Part shown: in pieces, positions 1 through 7,538 of the stretch | How the letters are laid out: each line of letters opens with the position of its first letter | Numbering within the stretch: the first letter of the stretch is position 1 | IMG/VR virus record: IMGVR_UViG_3300032301_000913 | Coordinates: 19,176-83,175 of that record | Length of the DNA: 64,000 bases | Source of the DNA: a virus | Taxonomy: Duplodnaviria > Caudoviricetes | Direction: 5' to 3' (one strand) | Position numbers and translations under genes: made by a program | Notes under the pieces: generated by a model | Told to the model about the DNA's origin: nothing | The model's input: only the letters and a program-made list of their open reading frames with translations | Database searches by the model: none

Positions 1-297
1 ATGCTTTGTAAAGTTTTAGGAATCGACATTTATCGTCCTGTTAAGGGATTGTATTGTATTGAGAAACTTTATGCTAAGTTCTTTGATGCTTTGTATCATT
101 TTTATTGTGAGAAAAAAACAGAACTGACGAAAACAAAAGAATATTTTCTTTGGGGTTGGGGAACAAAATACTATAATTATTATGGAGATTTGATGACTTG
201 TGGTAATCATTATGGAAATTCCTTTTATCAAGTTCTAATTGCTAAAAATGAAATCAGTAATCTTTATGATAATTTTCTGAGGTGTACCAGTTCATGA
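1..297 (+). CDS. hypothetical protein, possibly 5' partial
   Basis: ORF track; same strand as the downstream early ORF cluster. Confidence 0.5.
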   Translation: MLCKVLGIDIYRPVKGLYCIEKLYAKFFDALYHFYCEKKTELTKTKEYFLWGWGTKYYNYYGDLMTCGNHYGNSFYQVLIAKNEISNLYDNFLRCTSS

Positions 298-342
298 AGT
301 GGCACAAGGACTCTTCATCCCGTACCAGTTTGCCCTTATAAT
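284..342 (+). promoter_or_regulatory. early promoter: dyad GTACCAGT-N6-AGTGGCAC plus -10 TATAAT
   Basis: dyad 284-305, TATAAT 337-342 (31 nt gap), C/A-rich leader, then ATG 368. Confidence 0.75.
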
Positions 343-367
343 ACAAAGGTAATCAACGAAACCACCC

Positions 368-598
368 ATGACCAAGGAAGAACTCAACCACTTTATTGAT
401 TATGTGATGTCATTCTATGGTCCTGGTAAATTGTATCCTATCACTGGTATCAATCGCACGATTGCTCGCAAAGCAACCAGTGATGTGATGCGAATTTCCA
501 AGATCAAAGGCGAACCTTTTTTTGGTGACAGTTATGATCGTGAGCAAGTAAGAGACCTTATGTGTGACAAGTACAACCTTTCTCCCACTAAATCATGA
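368..598 (+). CDS. small early hypothetical protein
   Basis: first ORF after the early promoter; stop overlaps next ATG (ATGA). Confidence 0.75.
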   Translation: MTKEELNHFIDYVMSFYGPGKLYPITGINRTIARKATSDVMRISKIKGEPFFGDSYDREQVRDLMCDKYNLSPTKS

Positions 599-765
599 TT
601 ACCGACACCGTTCAAGACAAAAGAACTCGCCGCTTGGTTCAAAAATCGGTTGAAGACATGTCTCTTCGACTCTTGCAACGTATCGCCTATGAATGCCGAT
701 GTGAAGAACTTGGTATTCATCCTGACTCCTGGAAACTTTATCTTGAGGATTCATCAAATGACTGA
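595..765 (+). CDS. small hypothetical protein, 56 aa (MITDTVQDKR...)
   Basis: read manually; ATGA coupling to upstream ORF. Confidence 0.65.
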   Translation: MITDTVQDKRTRRLVQKSVEDMSLRLLQRIAYECRCEELGIHPDSWKLYLEDSSND

Positions 766-807
766 CAAAGAACTCCAATCACCAAACATCACTGAAATCA
801 CACTACT

Positions 808-1176
808 ATGAATCTGACACAAATTCACCCAGCAATTGCCCTTCAATTTGGTTATGATCTTGATGCTTTGAATGATTCTGAAAAAGTTACTGTTGTTCGT
901 CGCCGTGTTGTTTATGAAGAACTGGTGATGAGCAAAGATGAGTTTGATAAAATGAATTGTAGTATTAATAATCGTGATCAAGAGTCTTGTGAGTATGAGT
1001 TTTATCTGTCAGAGTTAAAAATGGATGATATTGGTCTTCCAGACTTTACGGAGTATGAAACTTTATATACGGCATTTCCTGGCGATGTGACTTCTTGTAC
1101 TGATGATGCGATTGCATTTATGTTTAAGAATAAGGAATGGACCGATTCTTATGAACCTGTAACTCTTGCATCATGA
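808..1176 (+). CDS. acidic hypothetical protein
   Basis: ORF track; coupled to next ORF. Confidence 0.75.
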   Translation: MNLTQIHPAIALQFGYDLDALNDSEKVTVVRRRVVYEELVMSKDEFDKMNCSINNRDQESCEYEFYLSELKMDDIGLPDFTEYETLYTAFPGDVTSCTDDAIAFMFKNKEWTDSYEPVTLAS

Positions 1177-1418
1177 AACAAATGAATCTCTACATTATGA
1201 ATGATGTTCTTTACAACTACACACCAGGCATGTGTGTAGTCGTTGCCGAATCACTTTCCCAGTGCAAAACTCTCTTTATGAAAGAGTTTGGATCCAAATG
1301 TGATTCTGAATGGATCAATCAGAATAGACAAAAAGAGTTTGATAATGCAAGCATCAAGGTGATTGAAGGTGTAAATCATCCTGCTGGTGTTGTGGATTAT
1401 GTGTATGGTGGAGGTTGA
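1173..1418 (+). CDS. hypothetical protein
   Basis: ORF track; ATGA overlap. Confidence 0.7.
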   Translation: MKQMNLYIMNDVLYNYTPGMCVVVAESLSQCKTLFMKEFGSKCDSEWINQNRQKEFDNASIKVIEGVNHPAGVVDYVYGGG

Positions 1419-1419
1419 A

Positions 1420-1587
1420 ATGAAACAACTGACACTTTATGATGAAGTAAACATGGACGGTAAAGATTGTGAGATGTGTGATGATGGAACATATCAAACC
1501 ACAGATTTGAATGATGAAATTCATGTTGAACTTCATTGTAACAAATGTGGACACTATACCAGATTATGGAGAGAGGTTTGGCCATGA
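1420..1587 (+). CDS. small zinc-ribbon-like protein (CEMC...CNKC)
   Basis: ATG 1420 follows GGAGG and the previous stop; two CxxC motifs. Confidence 0.65.
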   Translation: MKQLTLYDEVNMDGKDCEMCDDGTYQTTDLNDEIHVELHCNKCGHYTRLWREVWP

Positions 1588-1790
1588 TTATTCAAATTGT
1601 AAGGTGGGAGAAACCAGGACCCACACTTAAACTTAAAATCTATCGGTTCATTCAACCTTATGCTAAACTGCTAGATGCACTCATTTCGATTGTAACTCTT
1701 TCACAGGTGATTAGTAACTTTGAACTTGAGATTACCGAAAAGAGTGTGAACGCTTGGTTCAAATATCTAATTGCACAAAAGAACAAATGA
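1584..1790 (+). CDS. hypothetical protein
   Basis: ATGA-coupled start inside track ORF 1545..1790. Confidence 0.6.
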   Translation: MIIQIVRWEKPGPTLKLKIYRFIQPYAKLLDALISIVTLSQVISNFELEITEKSVNAWFKYLIAQKNK

Positions 1791-1987
1791 CTCAAGAACA
1801 ACTGATTCGCAGTATTGAACAACTGCTTGAGAATCTAATGACTATTGATGAGGATCTTGCTTATGAGTATGAGTGTGAGTTGTATTATGATTGTAATGAT
1901 GATGAAGAACCAGTTCCGATTGTAGAAAACTTTACTCCTGAACTTCTTGCCGAATTGGAGAAAGTTGTTTATGGTAATGAGGTTTAG
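1787..1987 (+). CDS. acidic hypothetical protein
   Basis: ATGA-coupled start inside track ORF 1754..1987. Confidence 0.65.
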   Translation: MTQEQLIRSIEQLLENLMTIDEDLAYEYECELYYDCNDDEEPVPIVENFTPELLAELEKVVYGNEV

Positions 1988-1989
1988 TG

Positions 1990-2148
1990 ATGATTCTACC
2001 ACTGTGCTTTTGGACTGAAGAAGAACTACAATCAATTCCATCAGAAGATCTGTGGTGTGAGATTGCCGACGCCATGTTCTGTTCATCACCAGAGGTTGAT
2101 GCTTATGTTCAATTACTCAACACTGAATTAAAAGGAAGAAACTCATGA
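1990..2148 (+). CDS. small hypothetical protein, 52 aa (MILPLCFWTE...)
   Basis: read manually; fills the gap and its stop overlaps the next ATG. Confidence 0.6.
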   Translation: MILPLCFWTEEELQSIPSEDLWCEIADAMFCSSPEVDAYVQLLNTELKGRNS

Positions 2149-2438
2149 AAACCTATCAATTTGATTTGTTTGATGGATCCCCTGATTTGAATGAACAGGA
2201 ACATACATTTATCAATCTTTGCCATAATCATCCAACTCTTCAATTTGCACGACAAAACTATGTGAATAAGAGATTTAATAATAAATTCTTCTCTCTTTAT
2301 GAAGGTTGTCATGTTGTAGGATTTACTCTGAATAGAACTAAAACAAAAGTCATTCGAATCTTTTTTAATAAAGGTAATACTCCAGAAGGAGATCGTGTTG
2401 TTGAGAGCGTAAAGTATCCAATTCAATTATCATCATAA
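2145..2438 (+). CDS. hypothetical protein
   Basis: ORF track. Confidence 0.7.
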   Translation: MKTYQFDLFDGSPDLNEQEHTFINLCHNHPTLQFARQNYVNKRFNNKFFSLYEGCHVVGFTLNRTKTKVIRIFFNKGNTPEGDRVVESVKYPIQLSS

Positions 2439-2462
2439 ATTACTTCAAAAGGTACAATTTCC

Positions 2463-2873
2463 ATGAAACTTAAACTAATCGCTTACAAAACTGAATATGG
2501 TATTTGGGCATTCGATCATGAACATCAGAATACAGTCGCAGAAGCACTGTGTAATGGTACTGAAACTGTGATTGATTGGTATTTTGAAATAGTAAATGGT
2601 ATTAAACCAGTATCTGGTGATAAGATTAATTTTTATCTTGATACTGATTCATTTGATGGTGCGATCACTGACATTAAATTGATTGAGACTGATCAGTCTG
2701 GTTCATATTATAAGGATAAACTGAGTTCAATGAAACTGTGGTTGTGTCCATGGTTACAAGGATACTTTGGTAGTGTTCCAGAAAAGATCTATGTTTATTG
2801 TGAAAAGCATGAAGAACCTGTAATTGATCCTGAGTTTGAGGCCTTACTTGACGAACTGATTGATAATAAATAA
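2463..2873 (+). CDS. conserved-type phage hypothetical protein (W.FD...E...G...ID...LWLCPWL..YF...P..IY)
   Basis: ORF track; motif pattern recognised from phage hypotheticals. Confidence 0.75.
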   Translation: MKLKLIAYKTEYGIWAFDHEHQNTVAEALCNGTETVIDWYFEIVNGIKPVSGDKINFYLDTDSFDGAITDIKLIETDQSGSYYKDKLSSMKLWLCPWLQGYFGSVPEKIYVYCEKHEEPVIDPEFEALLDELIDNK

Positions 2874-2898
2874 GATTATGTAAATAAAAAAGACGGGA

Positions 2899-3648
2899 AT
2901 GAAAACATATTCTCAATTCATATCTGATCTTCAGGAGCGATATTATAAACCAGATGAGAAGTTACCATCAGGAAAGACTCCAGTTGAAAAAGCAACGAGG
3001 AAGAGTCGTAGTAGATCAAAAACAATAGGATCTGAATCTCCAGAAAATCAAGAGCGTTGGGGAAAACAATATGATCTGACACAAACCAAAGTTAAACATG
3101 GTGCCGATAATCCAGAACCTAATGCTAGAGTTTCTTTTAAAGATAAGGATGATGTAAAAGTATCATCTTCTAGAGATGAATTAGATGTATATCATAAACC
3201 ATCAGGTGTTTATTATTCAGTTCGTAAGTCTGAAGAGTCTCCATATGATGGCGTTCGAACTATTGAATGGAATCATGATAAGCAAAGACAAAAAAATAAA
3301 CTTTCACCACTTGAAAGAGTAAGAATTGCGAGAGATGCACAGAAAGTTTGGGATCAACATGTTTCCCCAAGATTACCAAATAACTCAATCGTTCATAATA
3401 CTCCTGCTACTTCATATGATGATAGAGGTAATGCTAAACCAGTGAATCGTAGAGCAGAATTGTATAAGAGAGCAGGTTTTGGAGAAACAGATAATGAAGG
3501 AGATCAGTTTGCTCAAGTAGGAAGAGAACCATCACCAAAACAAAAGGCAACAGGAAAAACAAGACTTAAACCATTAGATCCAAGAAAGGCAAAGGATTAT
3601 ATTGAATGGGATAGAGATGAGGATGATAATTGGGAGATGAGAGATTAA
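2899..3648 (+). CDS. putative internal head protein with capsid-targeting-like N-terminus and GNAT-like C-terminal motif
   Basis: MKTYSQFISDLQE start; TAAATA late-type boxes at about 2870 and 2881; NRRAELYKRAGF motif. Confidence 0.55.
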   Translation: MKTYSQFISDLQERYYKPDEKLPSGKTPVEKATRKSRSRSKTIGSESPENQERWGKQYDLTQTKVKHGADNPEPNARVSFKDKDDVKVSSSRDELDVYHKPSGVYYSVRKSEESPYDGVRTIEWNHDKQRQKNKLSPLERVRIARDAQKVWDQHVSPRLPNNSIVHNTPATSYDDRGNAKPVNRRAELYKRAGFGETDNEGDQFAQVGREPSPKQKATGKTRLKPLDPRKAKDYIEWDRDEDDNWEMRD

Positions 3649-3656
3649 AACTGATT

Positions 3657-3785
3657 TCAATGAAGAATTAGGAATAGAACTATCACCAGTATCACAAGTA
3701 ATACGATACCACCTAGATCAATACCAGTACTTCGACTACCACAGTTATAACACATGTTTTGTGGTCTTTTAGTAATACGACTCAT
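3657..3785 (-). CDS. 42-aa single-pass membrane peptide (MSRITKRPQNMCYNCGSRSTGIDLGGIVLLVILVIVLFLILH)
   Basis: read manually; CxxC plus hydrophobic helix; downstream of the leftward promoter at 3963-3991. Confidence 0.5.
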   Translation of the reverse strand: MSRITKRPQNMCYNCGSRSTGIDLGGIVLLVILVIVLFLILH

Positions 3786-3861
3786 GATTATTGTTACTTT
3801 TGTTAAATTAATGTTAATTAAATAAATGTATTAAAAAACATATAGTGCTATTTTGTTTAGT

Positions 3862-3881
3862 TGTGGAAAAACTGTGGAAAA
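3862..3881 (-). promoter_or_regulatory. two tandem DnaA-box-like 9-mers (TTTTCCACA on - strand)
   Basis: TGTGGAAAA at 3862-3870 and 3873-3881, next to AT-rich 3798-3860. Confidence 0.55.
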
Positions 3882-3962
3882 CTATTGTATTTTGTATCTT
3901 ATAATACCTTATAATGCTCTTCAATGCCTTATAAGTGGTCAGTTCTTTATGCAAGTTAAGGC

Positions 3963-3991
3963 AGTTTAGCATAAGACGCGCAGTTTGTCAA
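3963..3991 (-). promoter_or_regulatory. leftward sigma70-type promoter TTGACA-N17-TAAACT with extended -10 (TGC)
   Basis: reverse complement of 3963-3991 is a near-consensus promoter. Confidence 0.75.
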
Positions 3992-4065
3992 GCCCCCACC
4001 CCCCGCAAACGCCCAAAAGACCCATAAGATCTCCTTATGCTTCATTATATTACGATTTCTTATGA

Positions 4066-4213
4066 GATCTCGTCGAGAATCATGCAAAAGCACATAAATC
4101 TCGACTAGATTGCATATATACCTATCATGATTCTCGACGAGATCAGGCATCATACTTGCATCTCGTCGAGAATCATGCTATAATCACACAGTAAGCACAA
4201 GGATCTCGACGAG
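4066..4213. repeat. palindromic operator-like cluster 1 (ATCTCGWCGAGAT x5)
   Basis: cores at 4069, 4100 (variant), 4133, 4162, 4205; perfect 19-bp inverted repeat 4066-4084/4126-4144. Confidence 0.85.
4156..4184 (+). promoter_or_regulatory. sigma70-type promoter TTGCAT-N17-TATAAT with CTCGTCGAG in the spacer
   Basis: -35 at 4156-4161, -10 at 4179-4184. Confidence 0.75.
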
Positions 4214-4215
4214 TT

Positions 4216-4353
4216 ATGTACGACGACTACGAATTCGACTACACGGACAATGATTATGGGCGAGATCTTGGTGATTATGCACAGGATCTCGATGAGGATT
4301 ATGCACGAGACGGGCATGATTATGAAGTGCTTGCATATAAGCATTATGCATGA
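4216..4353 (+). CDS. 45-aa Asp/Tyr-rich protein (MYDDYEFDYTDNDY...)
   Basis: read manually; first ORF behind promoter 4156-4184. Confidence 0.65.
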   Translation: MYDDYEFDYTDNDYGRDLGDYAQDLDEDYARDGHDYEVLAYKHYA

Positions 4354-4384
4354 TATGATCTAGTACACAATGCACGAGAATCAC

Positions 4385-4537
4385 ATGTTAGCACAGAAGC
4401 GTATGGTACGTGTCACATTAGATATCATGTGTTATGATGATCTGAATGTGGAGGATATGGACTGGAGAGACATGCTAGACCTGCAGGGGGATGAGGAAGT
4501 GCATGTTAGCACAAAGGATTATGTTGATCTGTTCTAG
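4385..4537 (+). CDS. 50-aa acidic hypothetical protein (MLAQKRMVRVTLDIMCYDD...)
   Basis: read manually. Confidence 0.6.
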   Translation: MLAQKRMVRVTLDIMCYDDLNVEDMDWRDMLDLQGDEEVHVSTKDYVDLF

Positions 4538-4556
4538 TGTGACACTCTAAGAACTG

Positions 4557-4634
4557 CCTGTGGAAAACTTTTTTTCCACAGGTTGTTTGCTATCTACTAG
4601 GTCTATTGCCTGTGGAAAAAAAGTTTTCCACAGG
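4557..4634. repeat. two 26-bp units in inverted orientation, each holding two DnaA-box-like 9-mers
   Basis: CCTGTGGAAAACTTTTTTTCCACAGG (4557-4582) and its exact reverse complement (4609-4634). Confidence 0.85.
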
Positions 4635-4638
4635 TTCT

Positions 4639-4697
4639 GTGCCAATTATGAGACTGTCCACTACCTATTGACCTATCTGGTTCTGATGCCTTATGTT
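4639..4697 (+). promoter_or_regulatory. early promoter: dyad GTGCCAAT-N6-ACTGTCCAC, -35 TTGACC, -10 TATGTT
   Basis: same architecture as at 284; leader to ATG 4740. Confidence 0.7.
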
Positions 4698-4739
4698 GTG
4701 TTCGTGGTTGAGAGACCACCTACCACTTACACAAACCAC

Positions 4740-4901
4740 ATGGAACTGATCAACCGATCTGACTACAGTGCTCTTGACACCATTGCTATGATTCTCAAAA
4801 CCTATGGGGACAACTTCCCTGGTCTGTCTGAGGAGGAGAATTCTCTGTGGGTAATTGGGATGATTCGCCATGAGGTTGAGCAAACTGGTAGGACACTCTG
4901 A
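4740..4901 (+). CDS. small early hypothetical protein (MELINRSDY...)
   Basis: likely start downstream of the promoter; 3' part of track ORF 4560..4901. Confidence 0.6.
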   Translation: MELINRSDYSALDTIAMILKTYGDNFPGLSEEENSLWVIGMIRHEVEQTGRTL

Positions 4902-4949
4902 CAACTGGCACAATGGGGGTTGCGCAACACCGTGACCCCGTGCCATACT
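4889..4949 (+). promoter_or_regulatory. early promoter: dyad TAGGACACT-N6-ACTGGCAC, -10 CATACT
   Basis: 32 nt gap; CATACTGAACTCGTTCA is shared with the promoter at 5136. Confidence 0.7.
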
Positions 4950-4982
4950 GAACTCGTTCAACACACACCACCTGAACACACC

Positions 4983-5150
4983 ATGAGCATCTACACTGAG
5001 AACGGTTACGCCAACCGCAAGGAGTACCTGAAGGAACTTGCCGATGAGTATGGCAAGGATCTGGTGCATACTCTGACCAGTGTTCTTCCTGCATCAGAAG
5101 ACTTCGATGGTCTTGTGACTGCACTGGAAGATGCGATGGACGGTTACTAA
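4983..5150 (+). CDS. small early hypothetical protein (MSIYTENGYANRKEYL...)
   Basis: ATG after the C/A-rich leader. Confidence 0.7.
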   Translation: MSIYTENGYANRKEYLKELADEYGKDLVHTLTSVLPASEDFDGLVTALEDAMDGY

Positions 5151-5195
5151 ACTGTCCACTGGGGGGTTGCAAAATCCCCCAATCCATGTCATACT
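5136..5195 (+). promoter_or_regulatory. early promoter: dyad ATGGACGGT-N6-ACTGTCCAC, G/C hairpin, -10 CATACT
   Basis: 30 nt gap. Confidence 0.7.
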
Positions 5196-5224
5196 GAACT
5201 CGTTCACCACACCCCCACCACATC

Positions 5225-5692
5225 ATGGGAACTCGCTCACGCATCGGTTATGAACTTACTAACCATTCTGTGGTTAGTGTCTACTGCCACTGGGATGGTT
5301 ATGTAGAGCACAACGGCAAAATCCTGGTAGAACACTATCAGAACCGGGATGATGTGCAAGAATTGATTGATGGCGGTTCGATGTCATGTCTTCGGACTCG
5401 CAACACATGGGAATCAAATACTTCTCTGCGTGATGAACGTGGAGAGTATATTACAGATTGTGAGGGTAATATCATGTCTGAGAATGATCGTGAACCTCAA
5501 CCACTGTATCACACAGAGCGTGGTGAGGATATTAACGTAGAGCACACCAGTTTCGATAAGTTTGTCTCTGGTGATCTTGGTGGGGAAGAGTATGCTTACC
5601 TGTTTGATCTCAATGATAACTGGAAAGCATACAAGATCAACTGGAAAGGTCCAGTGGATCGTGTCGAAATCCCCAACTATGTGACAGCATAG
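5225..5692 (+). CDS. conserved phage hypothetical protein (YCHWDGY family)
   Basis: MGTRSRIG...SVYCHWDGY...EEYAYLF motif pattern. Confidence 0.8.
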   Translation: MGTRSRIGYELTNHSVVSVYCHWDGYVEHNGKILVEHYQNRDDVQELIDGGSMSCLRTRNTWESNTSLRDERGEYITDCEGNIMSENDREPQPLYHTERGEDINVEHTSFDKFVSGDLGGEEYAYLFDLNDNWKAYKINWKGPVDRVEIPNYVTA

Positions 5693-5760
5693 GAACTGGC
5701 ACAAGAGGGCACTAGGATCGCCTCCAGTGCCCTTATACTAGACAAGTCAACCACACACAC
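5693..5760 (+). repeat. 68-bp exact direct repeat, copy 1 (early promoter cassette with AGGGCACT/AGTGCCCT hairpin and TATACT)
   Basis: identical to 6215-6282. Confidence 0.9.
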
Positions 5761-5782
5761 ATCAACCAACCCGACACCTCTC

Positions 5783-6205
5783 ATGTCCTTCACCCAATTT
5801 GTTTCCACTGCTACTCTGACTGTGGTGGATGATTTCAATTTGCTATCTTATCTGGATGCACTCTCTGAGCGTTGCGTGAAAGAAGAAAACTTCCTGTTTG
5901 AAGAGTATGGTGAAATTGATGGTAAGGTTGACATAGAGTTCGGTGAGTATGTTCGTCAAGTCGGCAGCAACATTCTGATTGAATGTGACACTGAAGAATC
6001 TAATGGTAACAGTGAAGTCTATGATTGGTTGATTGACCAATTCCTGCCTGTTATGACTTCGGAGTTTGCTGAAATTAAATCCGCATCGGTTGATAGTCGT
6101 TCTGGTGTGGATGTGAACGTAGAATTTTACACTAAGGATAGAAAGTGTATCAGCACTGATGACATCAGAAACATTCTGAAACAGTATATCAAGATGTTTG
6201 CTTGA
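5783..6205 (+). CDS. acidic hypothetical protein
   Basis: ORF track; lies between the two 68-bp repeats. Confidence 0.75.
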   Translation: MSFTQFVSTATLTVVDDFNLLSYLDALSERCVKEENFLFEEYGEIDGKVDIEFGEYVRQVGSNILIECDTEESNGNSEVYDWLIDQFLPVMTSEFAEIKSASVDSRSGVDVNVEFYTKDRKCISTDDIRNILKQYIKMFA

Positions 6206-6214
6206 CCACTTTCT

Positions 6215-6282
6215 GAACTGGCACAAGAGGGCACTAGGATCGCCTCCAGTGCCCTTATACTAGACAAGTCAACCACACACAC
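6215..6282 (+). repeat. 68-bp exact direct repeat, copy 2
   Basis: identical to 5693-5760. Confidence 0.9.
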
Positions 6283-6291
6283 CTAAACCAC

Positions 6292-6441
6292 ATGGAAGAC
6301 ACTCTCTGGTCCGAAATCGCTGATGCTCCTGGTGAAATCTTCGACATCCCTGAAGACTTTGATCGTAGCAAGTTTTATGATCCTGATGAGCAACTAGAGC
6401 AATCCTTTGAATCTAAACTCAACTCTAACTTCGACTTCTGA
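6292..6441 (+). CDS. 49-aa acidic protein (MEDTLWSEIADAPGEIFDIPE...)
   Basis: read manually; first ORF after the promoter. Confidence 0.65.
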   Translation: MEDTLWSEIADAPGEIFDIPEDFDRSKFYDPDEQLEQSFESKLNSNFDF

Positions 6442-6596
6442 TGGAAACTATCACCAGCATCAAAGACTTCTTCACTGAGCAACAGTGGGATCTTATCTAC
6501 AACTTCGTAGGTAATGCTCTGGATGATGATGAATTCAATCCAGATGATGTCTATGCAATCCGCAACAAAATCCACTCACTCTACGAAGATTCATGA
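6441..6596 (+). CDS. 51-aa hypothetical protein (METITSIKDFFTEQQWDLI...)
   Basis: read manually; TGATG coupling. Confidence 0.65.
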   Translation: METITSIKDFFTEQQWDLIYNFVGNALDDDEFNPDDVYAIRNKIHSLYEDS

Positions 6597-6838
6597 ACCG
6601 CACACTACAACAACTCAAAGAGACCGTAGAGCGTCTCATTGAACAACAAGGTCCAGACGCATCTTGTGCTGCGTTCATCTTCACTAAGGAGGATGTATTT
6701 GAGATGGATGATGATGGTAATGAGGTCCATTGTGATGCAAAAATTACTAACAAAGTCCTTAATGATTTGGACGAAACTGATTACATTTTAGAAAAAGCAT
6801 TCGATTGTATCGAGGATTTTATTAAAGAATATGCCTGA
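6593..6838 (+). CDS. hypothetical protein
   Basis: ORF track; ATGA coupling. Confidence 0.7.
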   Translation: MNRTLQQLKETVERLIEQQGPDASCAAFIFTKEDVFEMDDDGNEVHCDAKITNKVLNDLDETDYILEKAFDCIEDFIKEYA

Positions 6839-6956
6839 CACTTACACTTTCACTGGCGACGCTGTGACAGTTCTAGGACTGGTCGGTGTCATCTCCACCG
6901 GCATCATCCTGGTGCTATGCTTCACTCGTTACTTCAATTCTCCCCTAAGGAAATGA
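6831..6956 (+). CDS. 41-aa single-pass membrane peptide (MPDTYTFTGDAVTVLGLVGVISTGIILVLCFTRYFNSPLRK)
   Basis: read manually; hydrophobic helix with basic tail; coupled to both neighbours. Confidence 0.65.
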   Translation: MPDTYTFTGDAVTVLGLVGVISTGIILVLCFTRYFNSPLRK

Positions 6957-7123
6957 ATCCCAAACTTGAAATGTTGAGTGCTCGTGAACAACTTATGAGC
7001 GACATTGAATGTATCGTTGAATCGTTGTTTTGGGATACCTGGGGTGATGAATACGTTAATACACAGAATGAATTGATAAAAACTCTGTGTGATTCTGTTT
7101 GTGCTAACTTTCCCTCTAATTGA
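6953..7123 (+). CDS. hypothetical protein
   Basis: ATGA-coupled start within track ORF 6917..7123. Confidence 0.65.
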   Translation: MNPKLEMLSAREQLMSDIECIVESLFWDTWGDEYVNTQNELIKTLCDSVCANFPSN

Positions 7124-7362
7124 TGATGGCAACCCTCACTCTCCAAGTTACTGAAGTTCAGTTTGATTTTGATGACTTAGACTTCGGACCCGAAGAACAA
7201 CAAGCAGTTCTGGATGATGTGCTTGGTAATGTCTTTGAAGTGGAAGTTCTCAATCCAAATGATGATGATGAGATAGCAGATGTTATAGTTGAAGAGGTGA
7301 CAGATTATGCCGGTTGGTGTGTCTGTTCTCTGGATTTCGTTCACGTTCTCAACACTCACTAA
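7123..7362 (+). CDS. acidic hypothetical protein
   Basis: ORF track; TGATG coupling. Confidence 0.7.
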   Translation: MMATLTLQVTEVQFDFDDLDFGPEEQQAVLDDVLGNVFEVEVLNPNDDDEIADVIVEEVTDYAGWCVCSLDFVHVLNTH

Positions 7363-7538
7363 TGACTTACAGCGTAGCACCAAACTTCAACTCTGAACGT
7401 GAAGAGTTATTGTATGAATCCTGCCTCAAAGATCCCGACCTATTGGCAACAGTAATCACCGAGTACATTACTCGGTTGAGTGATACTGACCTGACTGAAC
7501 TTGACGACTTTCTTACCAACAACTTCGGAGACAACTAA
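7362..7538 (+). CDS. hypothetical protein
   Basis: TAATG coupling. Confidence 0.65.
   Translation: MTYSVAPNFNSEREELLYESCLKDPDLLATVITEYITRLSDTDLTELDDFLTNNFGDN

Noticed and set aside
4066-4213. Mini-CRISPR array
   Set aside because: Repeats are only 13-19 bp, alternate in orientation, have irregular spacers and overlap a promoter; no cas genes in the window
4560-4739. N-terminal extension of track ORF 4560..4901
   Set aside because: Starts at GTG within the DnaA-box cassette and spans a promoter; ATG 4740 fits better. The same logic applies to 4920, 9645, 10209 and 61405
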